Assembly (NCBI GenBank): GCA_947307295.1
Contig: CAMZIQ010000002.1
Coordinates: 80,621 to 144,620 of the forward strand
Direction: 5' to 3'
DNA: 64,000 nt
Source of the DNA: an uncultured Pseudomonadota bacterium
GTDB lineage: Bacteria; Pseudomonadota; Alphaproteobacteria; Rs-D84
Part shown: positions 1 through 8,872 of the stretch, in pieces
Numbering within the stretch: the first letter of the stretch is position 1
Layout of the letters: the number at the start of each line of letters is the position of its first letter
Translations under genes and position numbers: made by a program
The notes under the pieces: model-generated
Seen by the model: only the letters and a program-made list of their open reading frames with translations
Told to the model about the DNA's origin: nothing
The model's database searches: none

Positions 1-367
1 CACAGATTCAAAAATAACAGTTAAATTTTTTGTGCCCTTTAAAATTTTCATAACAGATTCATGATAAAAATCTCTGTCTATTTGTGCGCGCAAAGCCTGG
101 GTAGCAGCGCCATGCGTGGCGTTAAGGGTTCGCCAATGAATACCCGAAGAATCCGCTGCATTTGGCATAACACCACCGAATACAGCCATTTCGGCAACCA
201 TTTGCGATTTTCCTGGTCCACCGATGGATGGATTACAAGACATCGCACCTATATCACTTTCGCGCATGGTTAATAACAATGTTTTTGCGCCACGACGTGC
301 AGCGGCTGTTGCAGCTTCAACACCCGCGTGTCCACCACCAATAACAATCACATCATAGTTTTTCATT
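1..367 (-). CDS. mnmG: tRNA uridine 5-carboxymethylaminomethyl modification enzyme MnmG (GidA), N-terminal ~122 aa only; gene runs off window start
   Basis: Reverse complement of 300-367 reads MKNYDVIVIGGGHAGVEAATAAARRGAKTLLL (FAD GxGxxG N-terminus typical of MnmG). No stop before the window edge, so it is absent from the ORF track. The antisense ORF 61..273(+) is spurious. Confidence 0.85.
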
Positions 368-370
368 TTT

Positions 371-1096
371 CTAGAATCGTCCCATACCACCATTGATATG
401 AATAGTTTGTCCGTTAATATATGATGCTTCATCACTTGCCAAAAATACACAAGCATTTGCAATATCCACAGGTTCACCAAAACGACCAGCCGGAATTTGT
501 TCAAGATATTTCTTTTTCAATTCTTCTGGCAAAACATCTGTCATAGGTGTTTTTATAAAGCCCGGAGCAATCGCATTTGCCGTGATTCCACGCGAAGCAA
601 CTTCTGCGGCAATAGATTTTGTCATCGCAATAATTGCGCCCTTAGATGCGGCATAATTTGTTTGACCTGCACCACCAACAACGCCAACAATGGAAGCCAT
701 ATTTATAATGCGACCACCTCTTTGTTTCATCATAGGCATTAAACACGCACGACAAAGTTTAAAAGTTGCGCGCAAGTTCGTATTCAAAACATTGTCAAAT
801 TGTTCATCAGTCATACGCATCATCAAAGTATCTGCTGTAATACCGGCATTATTAATCAAAACATCAATACGCCCTGCTTTTTCAATGGTGTCGGTAATCA
901 ATTTTTCTGCTGCGCCTTCTTGTGATAAATCAGCCGCGATTTTTATATAAGAATCATCAAACCCAGCAAGTTTTTCCGTGCTGCGTCCAGTCACAACAAC
1001 CTTTGCACCTGCTTCTTTCATCTGTTGTGCGATTGCGCCACCAATACCGCCTGTGGCACCTGTGATTAAAACAACTTTGTCTGTTAAATCGAACAT
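371..1096 (-). CDS. fabG: 3-oxoacyl-[acyl-carrier-protein] reductase FabG
   Basis: TGATGGIGGAIA cofactor motif, NAG, and YAASKGA catalytic Y-x3-K of the SDR family. Adjacent to fabD. Confidence 0.9.
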   Translation of the reverse strand: MFDLTDKVVLITGATGGIGGAIAQQMKEAGAKVVVTGRSTEKLAGFDDSYIKIAADLSQEGAAEKLITDTIEKAGRIDVLINNAGITADTLMMRMTDEQFDNVLNTNLRATFKLCRACLMPMMKQRGGRIINMASIVGVVGGAGQTNYAASKGAIIAMTKSIAAEVASRGITANAIAPGFIKTPMTDVLPEELKKKYLEQIPAGRFGEPVDIANACVFLASDEASYINGQTIHINGGMGRF

Positions 1097-1098
1097 GA

Positions 1099-1383
1099 TT
1101 ATCCCTTTTGTGTTGAATTTATTTCTTTTAAATATTTGTTAATTATATGTTGTGTTTTAGTATGTTGATTGTGTGGTATAACCAATGTAATTTTATTAAA
1201 AGGCATTTTAACATTAGTGTGCAAAATATTCGCTAAATTTATCGCTGCTTTTGATGCATCATCTATGCCAATACCTTTTGCTACATCAAATTGTATATAC
1301 TGTTGTGGATATACATAATAAACATAGGTGCCTATAAATCTACCCAGTTCATCGTGATAAACATAATCATTCTTTCCCAACAT
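1099..1383 (-). CDS. hypothetical protein (94 aa) between fabD and fabG
   Basis: ORF in operon position. No recognisable motif (not ACP). Confidence 0.35.
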   Translation of the reverse strand: MLGKNDYVYHDELGRFIGTYVYYVYPQQYIQFDVAKGIGIDDASKAAINLANILHTNVKMPFNKITLVIPHNQHTKTQHIINKYLKEINSTQKG

Positions 1384-1385
1384 AT

Positions 1386-2261
1386 TTATATCTCTAATTT
1401 TTCTGTCCCTATTTTATCGGTTGTGCGCGATATTAAACCCGACAGCACATTCCCGGGTCCAATTTCAATCGCCTTTGTAATGCCCAGGTTTACCATTTCC
1501 AAAACACTTTCACGCCAACGAACACCATGTGTTAATTGATAAATAAGCGCTTCTTTGATTTCATCTGGATTTTCAATAACAGTACAAGTTTTATTAGAAA
1601 TCCATTTTGATTTTGGTGTTTCAATTTTAACTTTTTCAAATTCATGGCGCATAATTTCGACTGATTTTTCTTGGGCGCGACAATGAACAGGTGCGGAAAG
1701 TGCCAATGGCATAACGCGTCTTGCACCCAATTCTTTTAATTTTGCCGTTGCCATTTCTACTGGTTCTTTAAGGCCTGAAATAACAACCTGACCCGGACAG
1801 TTATCGTTCGCCATATCGCAATCAGATTCTGCACAAACAGTACGTACTGTGTCGGCATCCAAACCCAAAACCACAGATGTTAAACCCATACCAACGGGAA
1901 CAGATTCTTGCATCGCATTTCCGCGTGCGCGCAAAAGGCGCGCAGTATCTGCCAAACTAATCGCGCCAGCAACACAAAGTGCGGTATATTCACCCAAACT
2001 GTGTCCAGCGACAAATTCTGGAATTGGTAATCCACTTGCCCGAAACATAGCAATTGATGTTGCCATAATCGCAGGTTGAACATTTTTTGTTAAAGTTAAT
2101 TCTTCCATTGGTCCATTGAAAATTATATTTGATAATTTTTCATTCAATGCTTCATCAACTTCGTCAAACACAGCACGCGCAGCAGAGTTGTTTTTATAAA
2201 GTTCTGCGCCCATACCAACAATTTGAGCACCTTGACCAGGAAAAACATAAATAGTCGACAT
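1386..2261 (-). CDS. fabD: malonyl CoA-ACP transacylase FabD
   Basis: GHSLGEYTAL active-site serine motif. Length 291 aa. Confidence 0.9.
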   Translation of the reverse strand: MSTIYVFPGQGAQIVGMGAELYKNNSAARAVFDEVDEALNEKLSNIIFNGPMEELTLTKNVQPAIMATSIAMFRASGLPIPEFVAGHSLGEYTALCVAGAISLADTARLLRARGNAMQESVPVGMGLTSVVLGLDADTVRTVCAESDCDMANDNCPGQVVISGLKEPVEMATAKLKELGARRVMPLALSAPVHCRAQEKSVEIMRHEFEKVKIETPKSKWISNKTCTVIENPDEIKEALIYQLTHGVRWRESVLEMVNLGITKAIEIGPGNVLSGLISRTTDKIGTEKLEI

Positions 2262-2321
2262 TTTTGACCTTTTTATTCGTTTGGTAAAATTATAGAAAAT
2301 TAAACAAAAAAAGCAAATTTA

Positions 2322-2861
2322 TTATTTGCGCAAAGAAAATTCGCAACCACAGTAATTTTGGCGATAAAATTCAAGTTCACGGTTAATTTCTTGACGCAAT
2401 TGTTCGTTCCATTTAATTGGCAAATATTTTATATCTTCGCAAGACTCGTTCCCCGCACAGTCAACTTGGTTTTGGTCTTTGTGACGCGACACACCGAACA
2501 CACTCGCAATCGCGTTAAAGCCGTGTTTTTTGGCGTATTCGCGTGCCCAGCAAAAACGATAAGCAAAACATTTACTGCAACGCGCGCCACGTTCTGGTTC
2601 GTTTTCCAGACCACAAACAGCCTTTCTCCAATCATCGTGATTATAATCACCAATTACATATTTTACACCCAATTTTTCACAGTATTTTATTTGTTCGTTT
2701 AATCTTTTTTGATATTCTTCTATGGGAAAAATATTAGGATTAAAAAACATAACTATAAATTCATCTATGCCTGGAATTTCGCCGTATACGAGTTGTTTAA
2801 TAGCACCGCATGAACATGGTGCACAACAAGACATTAAAATAAGTTTGGTTTTATCTGTCAT
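2322..2861 (-). CDS. queH: epoxyqueuosine reductase QueH (DUF208 family)
   Basis: N-terminal CCAPCS cysteine cluster and size (~180 aa) typical of QueH. Confidence 0.7.
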   Translation of the reverse strand: MTDKTKLILMSCCAPCSCGAIKQLVYGEIPGIDEFIVMFFNPNIFPIEEYQKRLNEQIKYCEKLGVKYVIGDYNHDDWRKAVCGLENEPERGARCSKCFAYRFCWAREYAKKHGFNAIASVFGVSRHKDQNQVDCAGNESCEDIKYLPIKWNEQLRQEINRELEFYRQNYCGCEFSLRK

Positions 2862-3390
2862 GGCTTATTTCAAACAATTTTCTTAAAACAACAGGTGCAC
2901 GTTTTGTTGCATTTGGCCAAATTTGTTGCAGTTTTTTATCAACAACAATATCTATGTCATTCAATGGACGCCAAATAATAGTAGGTTTATCTTGGCCAGA
3001 TGGAAATAACCTTGCTTCCACAATAGCGGGCGCATTTTTAAAATCAGAACCATATCTTAATTTATCAAAATCATAGGTTGTGCCAAATTTCTTTTCTAAC
3101 CATTTTTCAATATCAAATGGTGTCCAAAATTTATCAATGACTTTAAAGTAGCTTGTATGTGTTTCGTTATAGATACTTTTTGTTCCGTTCATTAAATTAT
3201 CAACACGAAAAACATTGATTTCGTAAAAGTTTTTATCACCATTACGCGCGGTCTTTTCGACATCAGTATTTGCCACAAATGCTTTGATGTCAGATAACGA
3301 TTTAACATCTTGTCGTTTATACCAAAAATCTTCACCAGGATGCATAAAATACATTTCCGTAGCCCAATGAAGTTCTTTATTCAAAGCCAT
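2851..3390 (-). CDS. hypothetical protein (179 aa)
   Basis: ORF between queH and metG on the same strand. No motif recognised. Confidence 0.4.
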   Translation of the reverse strand: MALNKELHWATEMYFMHPGEDFWYKRQDVKSLSDIKAFVANTDVEKTARNGDKNFYEINVFRVDNLMNGTKSIYNETHTSYFKVIDKFWTPFDIEKWLEKKFGTTYDFDKLRYGSDFKNAPAIVEARLFPSGQDKPTIIWRPLNDIDIVVDKKLQQIWPNATKRAPVVLRKLFEISHDR

Positions 3391-3392
3391 TT

Positions 3393-5024
3393 TTATTTAT
3401 CCTCTTTTTCAGCCAATTCTATTCTGTTAAATAAATTTTCTGGGACAACAAATTTTTCGTTCGTTTTGATACGATGTTCGTATTTTGTTGGCCAAGATAA
3501 ATCATGTTTATTTTCAAATATATTTTGCATTTTTTCTGCGGCGTCTGGAATAAAAGGCGCTGATATACGTGCAAACAAATCTATCATTTGAAAACATTCA
3601 TTTAACGCACGTGCAGCCCCATTTGTGTCACCGTTTTTAACCAATGCCCAAGGTTCTTTGACGGTCATATATTCATTAGCAATCGCCCACAAAGAACGTA
3701 GTGCAAATACAGAATCTCTGAATTCACATTTTTCCATCGCATTTGTTAAATCAGATAGTTTTTCGTCTATTCTGTTTGCCAAATCTTCATCAATGCCATC
3801 ACCGTTTGGGACGATGTCGCCGAAATTTTTCGCGGACAGTTTGCAAACACGTGATACGAAATTACCAAGCATACCATTTAAATCTTTATTTACCACATCA
3901 GCAAAACGTGCCATTGTAAAATCTGTATCATCAGTTTCTGGTGCAGAAGACATTAAAGCGTATCTCCAACAATCACTGGGTGCTATATTTAATGCTTCGT
4001 CCAAAAATATTCCGTTTCCTGTTGATTTTGCGACTTTGCCACCTTCAAAATTTAAAAAATTAACAGCCTTTAATAAATCTACTGTTTTCCAGTTATCGTG
4101 CATTGCTAATTCTTGTTCTGGGAAAAACACAGAATGGAATTTAACGTTGTCTTTACCCATAAATTGTGCATAAAAACAATCTGGGTTTTTCCACCAAGAC
4201 TCCCAATCTTTATTTGCTGCCTGGGAAATGGACACATATCCCCAAGGTGCATCAAACCAAACATAAAAAACCTTGTTTTCATATCCAGGCTTATTCACAG
4301 GTATTCCCCACGACAAATCGCGTGTAATGGATGTATCGTGTAATCCTTCGTTTGCCCAACCCATAGCGATAGCAGAGGCAGTTTTTGACCATTTTGGTGC
4401 ATGTTCTAATAACCATTTACGCCATTCATCTTGCATTTTTGATGCCAGGAAAAACAGGTTTTTTGTTGGTCTCATTTCGATATTTGTTGAACCAGAAATT
4501 GTAGAGTGCGGATTTTTTAATTCTGTTGCTTCGTATGTGGCACTGCAATTATCACATTGGTCACCGCGCGCCTTTTCATAACCACATTTTGGGCAAGTCC
4601 CTTCGAGTTGTCTGTCTGCCAAAAACATATTATCATCTACAGAAAATGGTTGAACAGTTTCACGTTCTTCAATTAAACCTTGGTTTTCAAGACGAATAAA
4701 TAAATCTTGAACTAATTTTTCCTGTAATTCAGTATGTGTGCGACCATATAAATCAAAAGACAATTTAAAATCAGATACAGCACGCAAATGTTTTTCATAG
4801 TATTTATCAGTATATTCTTTGATGGGGATATTTTCTTTTGCTGCACCAACAATAGCAGGTGTTCCATGTTCGTCTGCGCCACAAACATAAAGCACATCAC
4901 GACCCATCGCGCGACAGAATCTGGCGTATACATCGCTTGGCAAATAACAACCAATTAAATGACCGATATGTAATTCACCGTTTATATATGGTAATGCAGA
5001 AGTGATTAAATATTTTTTTCCCAT
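3393..5024 (-). CDS. metG: methionyl-tRNA synthetase (short form without C-terminal tRNA-binding domain)
   Basis: HIGH motif (ELHIGHLIG), Zn knuckle CPKCG/CDNC, and KMSKS-like KVAKSTGNG. Confidence 0.95.
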   Translation of the reverse strand: MGKKYLITSALPYINGELHIGHLIGCYLPSDVYARFCRAMGRDVLYVCGADEHGTPAIVGAAKENIPIKEYTDKYYEKHLRAVSDFKLSFDLYGRTHTELQEKLVQDLFIRLENQGLIEERETVQPFSVDDNMFLADRQLEGTCPKCGYEKARGDQCDNCSATYEATELKNPHSTISGSTNIEMRPTKNLFFLASKMQDEWRKWLLEHAPKWSKTASAIAMGWANEGLHDTSITRDLSWGIPVNKPGYENKVFYVWFDAPWGYVSISQAANKDWESWWKNPDCFYAQFMGKDNVKFHSVFFPEQELAMHDNWKTVDLLKAVNFLNFEGGKVAKSTGNGIFLDEALNIAPSDCWRYALMSSAPETDDTDFTMARFADVVNKDLNGMLGNFVSRVCKLSAKNFGDIVPNGDGIDEDLANRIDEKLSDLTNAMEKCEFRDSVFALRSLWAIANEYMTVKEPWALVKNGDTNGAARALNECFQMIDLFARISAPFIPDAAEKMQNIFENKHDLSWPTKYEHRIKTNEKFVVPENLFNRIELAEKEDK

Positions 5025-5282
5025 GTGTCTATTCCTTTGATTTTAAAATAAATGCGCCGTCACGGGCGCATGAATTTGTTCCCGCAATATTTTGATAAAG
5101 ATTATTTGTACATTCGCATTTATCTAACTTTTACTTATTGGTGTCTTTTGTCCGCCTTCGCTATTTTTAATCGCGTTTTATGAATACTAGTACATATTTG
5201 ACCTTTTTCCGCTGAACACACAGCTACGGCGAGACACTCGATTTTCTTAATTGTGCGCGCAGCGCGCAATAACGAAAATCAG

Positions 5283-5359
5283 TGGTGGGTGGTATTGGGC
5301 TCGAACCAACGACCTCCACGATGTCAACGTGACGCTCTAGCCAACTGAGCTAACCACCC
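5283..5359 (-). tRNA. tRNA-Val (anticodon GAC), CCA encoded
   Basis: Reverse complement folds as a cloverleaf: GGGTGGT acceptor, D-arm TAGCTCAGTTGGCTAGAGC, anticodon stem TCACG/CGTGG with loop TTGACAT, T-arm GGTCGTTGGTTCGAGCC, then ACCACCC-A-CCA. The 5' half is supplied by the left att repeat of the integrated element. Confidence 0.9.
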
Positions 5360-5364
5360 AAAGC
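5317..5364. repeat. att core copy 1 (attL; equals the 5' half of tRNA-Val(GAC) plus 5 bp)
   Basis: Exact 48-bp direct repeat. Forms part of the intact tRNA. Confidence 0.85.
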
Positions 5365-5370
5365 CACTGA

Positions 5371-5398
5371 ATTATAACATCTAAATTCTAGAATGCAA
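5371..5398 (-). promoter_or_regulatory. element-borne sigma70-like promoter for tRNA-Val (TTGCAT-16-TATAAT on the minus strand)
   Basis: Minus strand reads ttgcat-N16-tataat, ending 11 nt before tRNA +1. A homologous native promoter (TTGCAA-16-TATAAT) sits beside the orphan att copy at 23535..23562. Confidence 0.45.
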
Positions 5399-5511
5399 AT
5401 AAAATCGCTTTTTTTTGCTTTGGTGGCTTTTAGATATAATTTGCTATAGCATCCCCTTTTCACCTACAGTATACTCTAGAGCATGCTCCAAATATGCTCC
5501 TAAATGGTGTT

Positions 5512-5721
5512 TTAGTAGTGTTTATTGGCAAATTTATCTATTCTAATTCGTTTTCCCCATGAATTTACAACAATAACATCTTCACCACTATGAAAAACAT
5601 CACGAGGTTTGTGGAATTCGAGTCTTCGACCACCAATTTGTTTGACTATTACATCATCGTCTTTCCAACGGTATCTCAAATTGCTTTTTGTTTGCATGTT
5701 TAAACCTCTTACTATGATCAT
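5512..5721 (-). CDS. hypothetical small protein (69 aa) at the element left end
   Basis: ORF conserved in both element copies. No motif recognised. Confidence 0.35.
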   Translation of the reverse strand: MIIVRGLNMQTKSNLRYRWKDDDVIVKQIGGRRLEFHKPRDVFHSGEDVIVVNSWGKRIRIDKFANKHY

Positions 5722-5823
5722 TAGAACTAAATTTGGTGCAGATTTTTACCATAAAAGGAATAAAAACACACATTTTAGAGTATAAATATTGTGTAAACAC
5801 TGTTTTCGTGTTATAATTGCTAC

Positions 5824-6975
5824 ATGTTTTATGATGTACAACCGATTCAGAATAAAGAAGACTATAAAAGAATGTTGACTCTTGTAGGTCAGCTTTCGAA
5901 TCTTTTTTCTGAGAGCGATTGTCCTTATTTATCTTACAGGGCTCATGAAAATATATTTTGTAGATTTTTGGGAGCAGAGAATTTAGCCAGATCTGATTGT
6001 TCTGCTGATGCCAAGAAAGATAAAGTTGGTGTTGGTTTGAAAACGTGGATGGGTAACAATGATCAGAAGGTTGCAGAATTTGGGCGTTTGAAGAATAGTT
6101 ATGCTAGTCTTTCTGGAATTGAATTAGTAAAGAAAATAGCTGAATACAGGAATGAACGCATCAGAATTACAAAGAGGTTACATGGATTAGATTCTATGAT
6201 ATACCATGTTGTAAAACGTGTTCCCGGAGCTATGCAAATTCTTGAGGGTGTGTTTGACGAGATAAATATAGAAAACATCACATTATTATCAAACACTGGG
6301 AACGATAACAACACATACTTTACTGATGGAAAACACAAATATCATTTTAGCACATCAAAAAACACTCTGTATATGATATTTGATTTTCTTGAACAGTTGG
6401 ATTCTTTTGAGGTAAAAATATTAGAAAATCCTTATGAATGGTTGTCGAAAGCTACAGATAAAAAAACTATTTCCAAAGACATCAAGAAAGTTGTCAAAGC
6501 TATACAAGAGGAATCAGCAAGAAAACCCCAATTATGTTTGAGATTATATTCGGTAAAGAAGGGTGAAAGGTTTGTTGCTGAGAAGAGTGGTTTAAATCAG
6601 TGGAACGCATCAGGAAGAGCAAGGAATCCTAATGAGTTATATATACCATACCCTAAGGAAGACAGAGACAGAATTCCTAATTTCTTTCCACCAAGAGACA
6701 CACCTTTTACACTACATTTGCCAGATGGTACAGCTATTTCTGCTAAAGTGTGCCAAGCAGACAACAAGGCTATAATGAGTAATCCTAACAGTTTATTGGG
6801 CAAATGGCTTTTGCGAGATGTGTTTGAATTGCCAGATAATACTTTAGTAACATATCAAATGTTAGAAAGGTTTGGTATAGATAGTGTGATTTTCACTAGA
6901 AATGCAGAATTAGATTATTCCGTAGAATTTTCAGAATTGGGCACTTATGAACGTTTTTATGAGATTGAAGACTAA
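5824..6975 (+). CDS. candidate Type II restriction endonuclease (383 aa) directly upstream of the C5-MTase
   Basis: Context only: co-oriented and 45 bp upstream of a Dcm-type MTase on a mobile element. No unambiguous PD-(D/E)xK motif. TATAAT (5812-5817) ends 6 nt before the ATG, suggesting a leaderless transcript. Confidence 0.45.
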   Translation: MFYDVQPIQNKEDYKRMLTLVGQLSNLFSESDCPYLSYRAHENIFCRFLGAENLARSDCSADAKKDKVGVGLKTWMGNNDQKVAEFGRLKNSYASLSGIELVKKIAEYRNERIRITKRLHGLDSMIYHVVKRVPGAMQILEGVFDEINIENITLLSNTGNDNNTYFTDGKHKYHFSTSKNTLYMIFDFLEQLDSFEVKILENPYEWLSKATDKKTISKDIKKVVKAIQEESARKPQLCLRLYSVKKGERFVAEKSGLNQWNASGRARNPNELYIPYPKEDRDRIPNFFPPRDTPFTLHLPDGTAISAKVCQADNKAIMSNPNSLLGKWLLRDVFELPDNTLVTYQMLERFGIDSVIFTRNAELDYSVEFSELGTYERFYEIED

Positions 6976-7017
6976 AAGAGTTTTTGGTTTTTTTATTTTA
7001 TTTTTTTTTGTTTTATT

Positions 7018-7035
7018 TTATTGCGGCGTGCCGCA
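7018..7035. promoter_or_regulatory. perfect palindrome ATTGCGGCGTGCCGCAAT between the R and M genes (attenuator or operator candidate)
   Basis: 8-bp arms ttgcggcg/cgccgcaa, preceded by a long T-rich tract and followed by tttat. A TAAAAT -10-like box and RBS aggag for the MTase lie downstream. Confidence 0.35.
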
Positions 7036-8067
7036 ATTTATGATAGAGTAAAATATGGTTACAGACACAGGAGTTTAAATATGTATACAATAGCATCGTT
7101 TTTTGCCGGTGTTGGTGGCATAGACTTAGGTTTTGAACAAACTAATAAATGCAAAACAATCTATGCTAATGAGTTTGATAGTTATGCAAGTGAGACGTTT
7201 GAAAAAAATTTTCCCGATGTCAAAGTTGATCAACGAGATATACATGATGTGCCTGAAAAAGATATACCAAATGTTGATATTTTTATAGGCGGTTTTCCAT
7301 GTCAGGCATTTTCTATAGCCGGCTACAGACGTGGCTTTGAGGACGAGAAAGGTAGAGGAAATTTGTTTTTTGAGCTTGTTCGTATGATGAAGGCAAAAAA
7401 ACCTCGTGTTGCGTTGTTTGAAAATGTAAAAAATTTAGTTAGCCACGACAAAGGGAATACGTTTCGTGTGATTTGTAATGAGTTGGAAAAATTGGGTTAT
7501 TATTATACATATCATGTTTTGAATGCCATGGATTATGGGAATATGGCTCAAAACAGGGAACGTATATATATAGTAGCATTCAAAAATAAGAAAGATTTTA
7601 TAAAATTCAAATGGGCGAAGACGGTACCTCTAACAACAACAGTAAAAGATATTATAGATTTTACTAAGAAGGTAGACGATAGATTTTATTATACAAAGGG
7701 AAAATACAAGGGTGATATATATGAAAGGCTTGTTGAAGCTACAAAAGGTGACGATCCTAAAAATCCGGCAATATACCAATGGCGTAGAAAATATGTTAGA
7801 AAAAACAAAAGTGGAGTGGTGCCAACTCTAACAGCTAATCAAGGTGAAGGTGGTCATAATGTTTGTATTGTAAAAACAAAATATGGTTTGAGAAAAATGA
7901 CCCCTCAAGAATGCTTTAATACCCAAGGCTTTCCAAAAACGTTTTTGTTACCAAAGCAAAGCGATGCACGTTTATATAAGCAGGCTGGCAATTCTGTTTG
8001 TGTACCGGTTATACACAATATAGCAGAAAACATAGTAACAGCTTTGTCTGACGGCGAAGATAGCTAG
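7021..8067 (+). CDS. DNA (cytosine-5)-methyltransferase, Dcm/HhaI-like; true start probably ATG at 7081 (MYTIASFF) after RBS aggag
   Basis: Motif I FAGVGG, motif IV GGFPCQAFS, motif VI ENVKNL, motif VIII QNRERIYIVAF, motif X GNSV. Short TRD (~328 aa total) as in M.HhaI and M.HaeIII. Confidence 0.9.
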   Translation: MRRAAIYDRVKYGYRHRSLNMYTIASFFAGVGGIDLGFEQTNKCKTIYANEFDSYASETFEKNFPDVKVDQRDIHDVPEKDIPNVDIFIGGFPCQAFSIAGYRRGFEDEKGRGNLFFELVRMMKAKKPRVALFENVKNLVSHDKGNTFRVICNELEKLGYYYTYHVLNAMDYGNMAQNRERIYIVAFKNKKDFIKFKWAKTVPLTTTVKDIIDFTKKVDDRFYYTKGKYKGDIYERLVEATKGDDPKNPAIYQWRRKYVRKNKSGVVPTLTANQGEGGHNVCIVKTKYGLRKMTPQECFNTQGFPKTFLLPKQSDARLYKQAGNSVCVPVIHNIAENIVTALSDGEDS

Positions 8068-8224
8068 AGCTCTTAGTGCGTAGCTGAGATTGTGTAATTA
8101 TTGCAGGCACAACAAAAACTTGAAAAATGTAAGTAACGTGGTATATTTAATGTGAGTACTCGTAAGTGTGCTTGTGACATTAGATAGCGGAACGGGTTTG
8201 ATCACCCAAGTACTAGTCTAGATA

Positions 8225-8346
8225 GTGTCCCAACCGAATGGTTGGGATGCCTTGTGCTATACAATAGGTCTTACCGACTAAAAGCCTTGGGGTTCTGTAC
8301 TTGAATTGATCAACATCCCAACCGCCTAATAAAGCGGTTGTTTTTT
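8225..8346 (+). repeat. divergent copy (C) of a CCAACC-N-GGTTGG leader-like repeat ending in hairpin aaccgc-ctaataaa-gcggtt plus T-run, immediately 5' of the Nuc-like gene
   Basis: Same architecture as repeats A (23624..23816) and B (40478..40660): an internal palindrome cccaaccgaatggttggg, about 85 nt, then ccaaccgcc-loop-gcgg plus Ts. Confidence 0.5.
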
Positions 8347-8871
8347 ATGTTGAAAGCTACTGGATGTTTTTTGTTTTTGATTCTTATATTTGAATTGGTT
8401 GCATGTAATCAAAATGCTATACAACCAATTCAAGAAAACCATAATGATATAAAGATATTTTTTACTCCCGGCACAGAATGTGAAAATAATATTATTGAAA
8501 GAATAAACCAATCAAAAAAAGTGGACATAGCTGTTTATTCAATTACAAACCCTGCTATTACAAAGGCTATTATTTCTGCATATAAACATGGGGTAAATGT
8601 AAGAATTGTGACAGATAAAACACAAGCATCAGGAAAAAAATCATTAGTCTCTCAAATACGTGCTGCCGGAATACCTGTTTTGACTAATAAAAAACACAAG
8701 ATAGAACATAATAAGTTTGCTGTTTTTGACGATGTACATGTTGTTTCTGGATCTTATAACTGGACAACAAACGCAACCAACTATAACAGTGAAAATTGCC
8801 TATTCTTTGATCAACCAGACATGGAATATTCTAAAAGATTTGAGTATCTATGGAAGGTTTATAGTGAATAG
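8338..8871 (+). CDS. Nuc-like phospholipase-D-family (HKD) endonuclease with lipoprotein signal peptide; start likely ATG at 8347
   Basis: HNKFAVFDD HxK(x4)D motif followed by SGSYNWT (PLD/Nuc family). N-terminus MLKATGCFLFLILIFELVAC has the lipobox LVAC. Size ~175 aa, as for pKM101 Nuc. Confidence 0.8.
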   Translation: MFFMLKATGCFLFLILIFELVACNQNAIQPIQENHNDIKIFFTPGTECENNIIERINQSKKVDIAVYSITNPAITKAIISAYKHGVNVRIVTDKTQASGKKSLVSQIRAAGIPVLTNKKHKIEHNKFAVFDDVHVVSGSYNWTTNATNYNSENCLFFDQPDMEYSKRFEYLWKVYSE

Positions 8872-8872
8872 C

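Noticed and set aside
61-273. 70-aa ORF on the plus strand at the window start
   Set aside because: Lies antisense inside the clearly recognisable mnmG N-terminal coding region on the minus strand. No motif.
8100-8224. Possible structured ncRNA in the ~270-bp MTase–Nuc intergenic region (several short inverted repeats, gagtactcg/caagtactag)
   Set aside because: Could not assign to any known RNA family by eye. The downstream part is better explained as repeat copy C, and the remainder is left unannotated.
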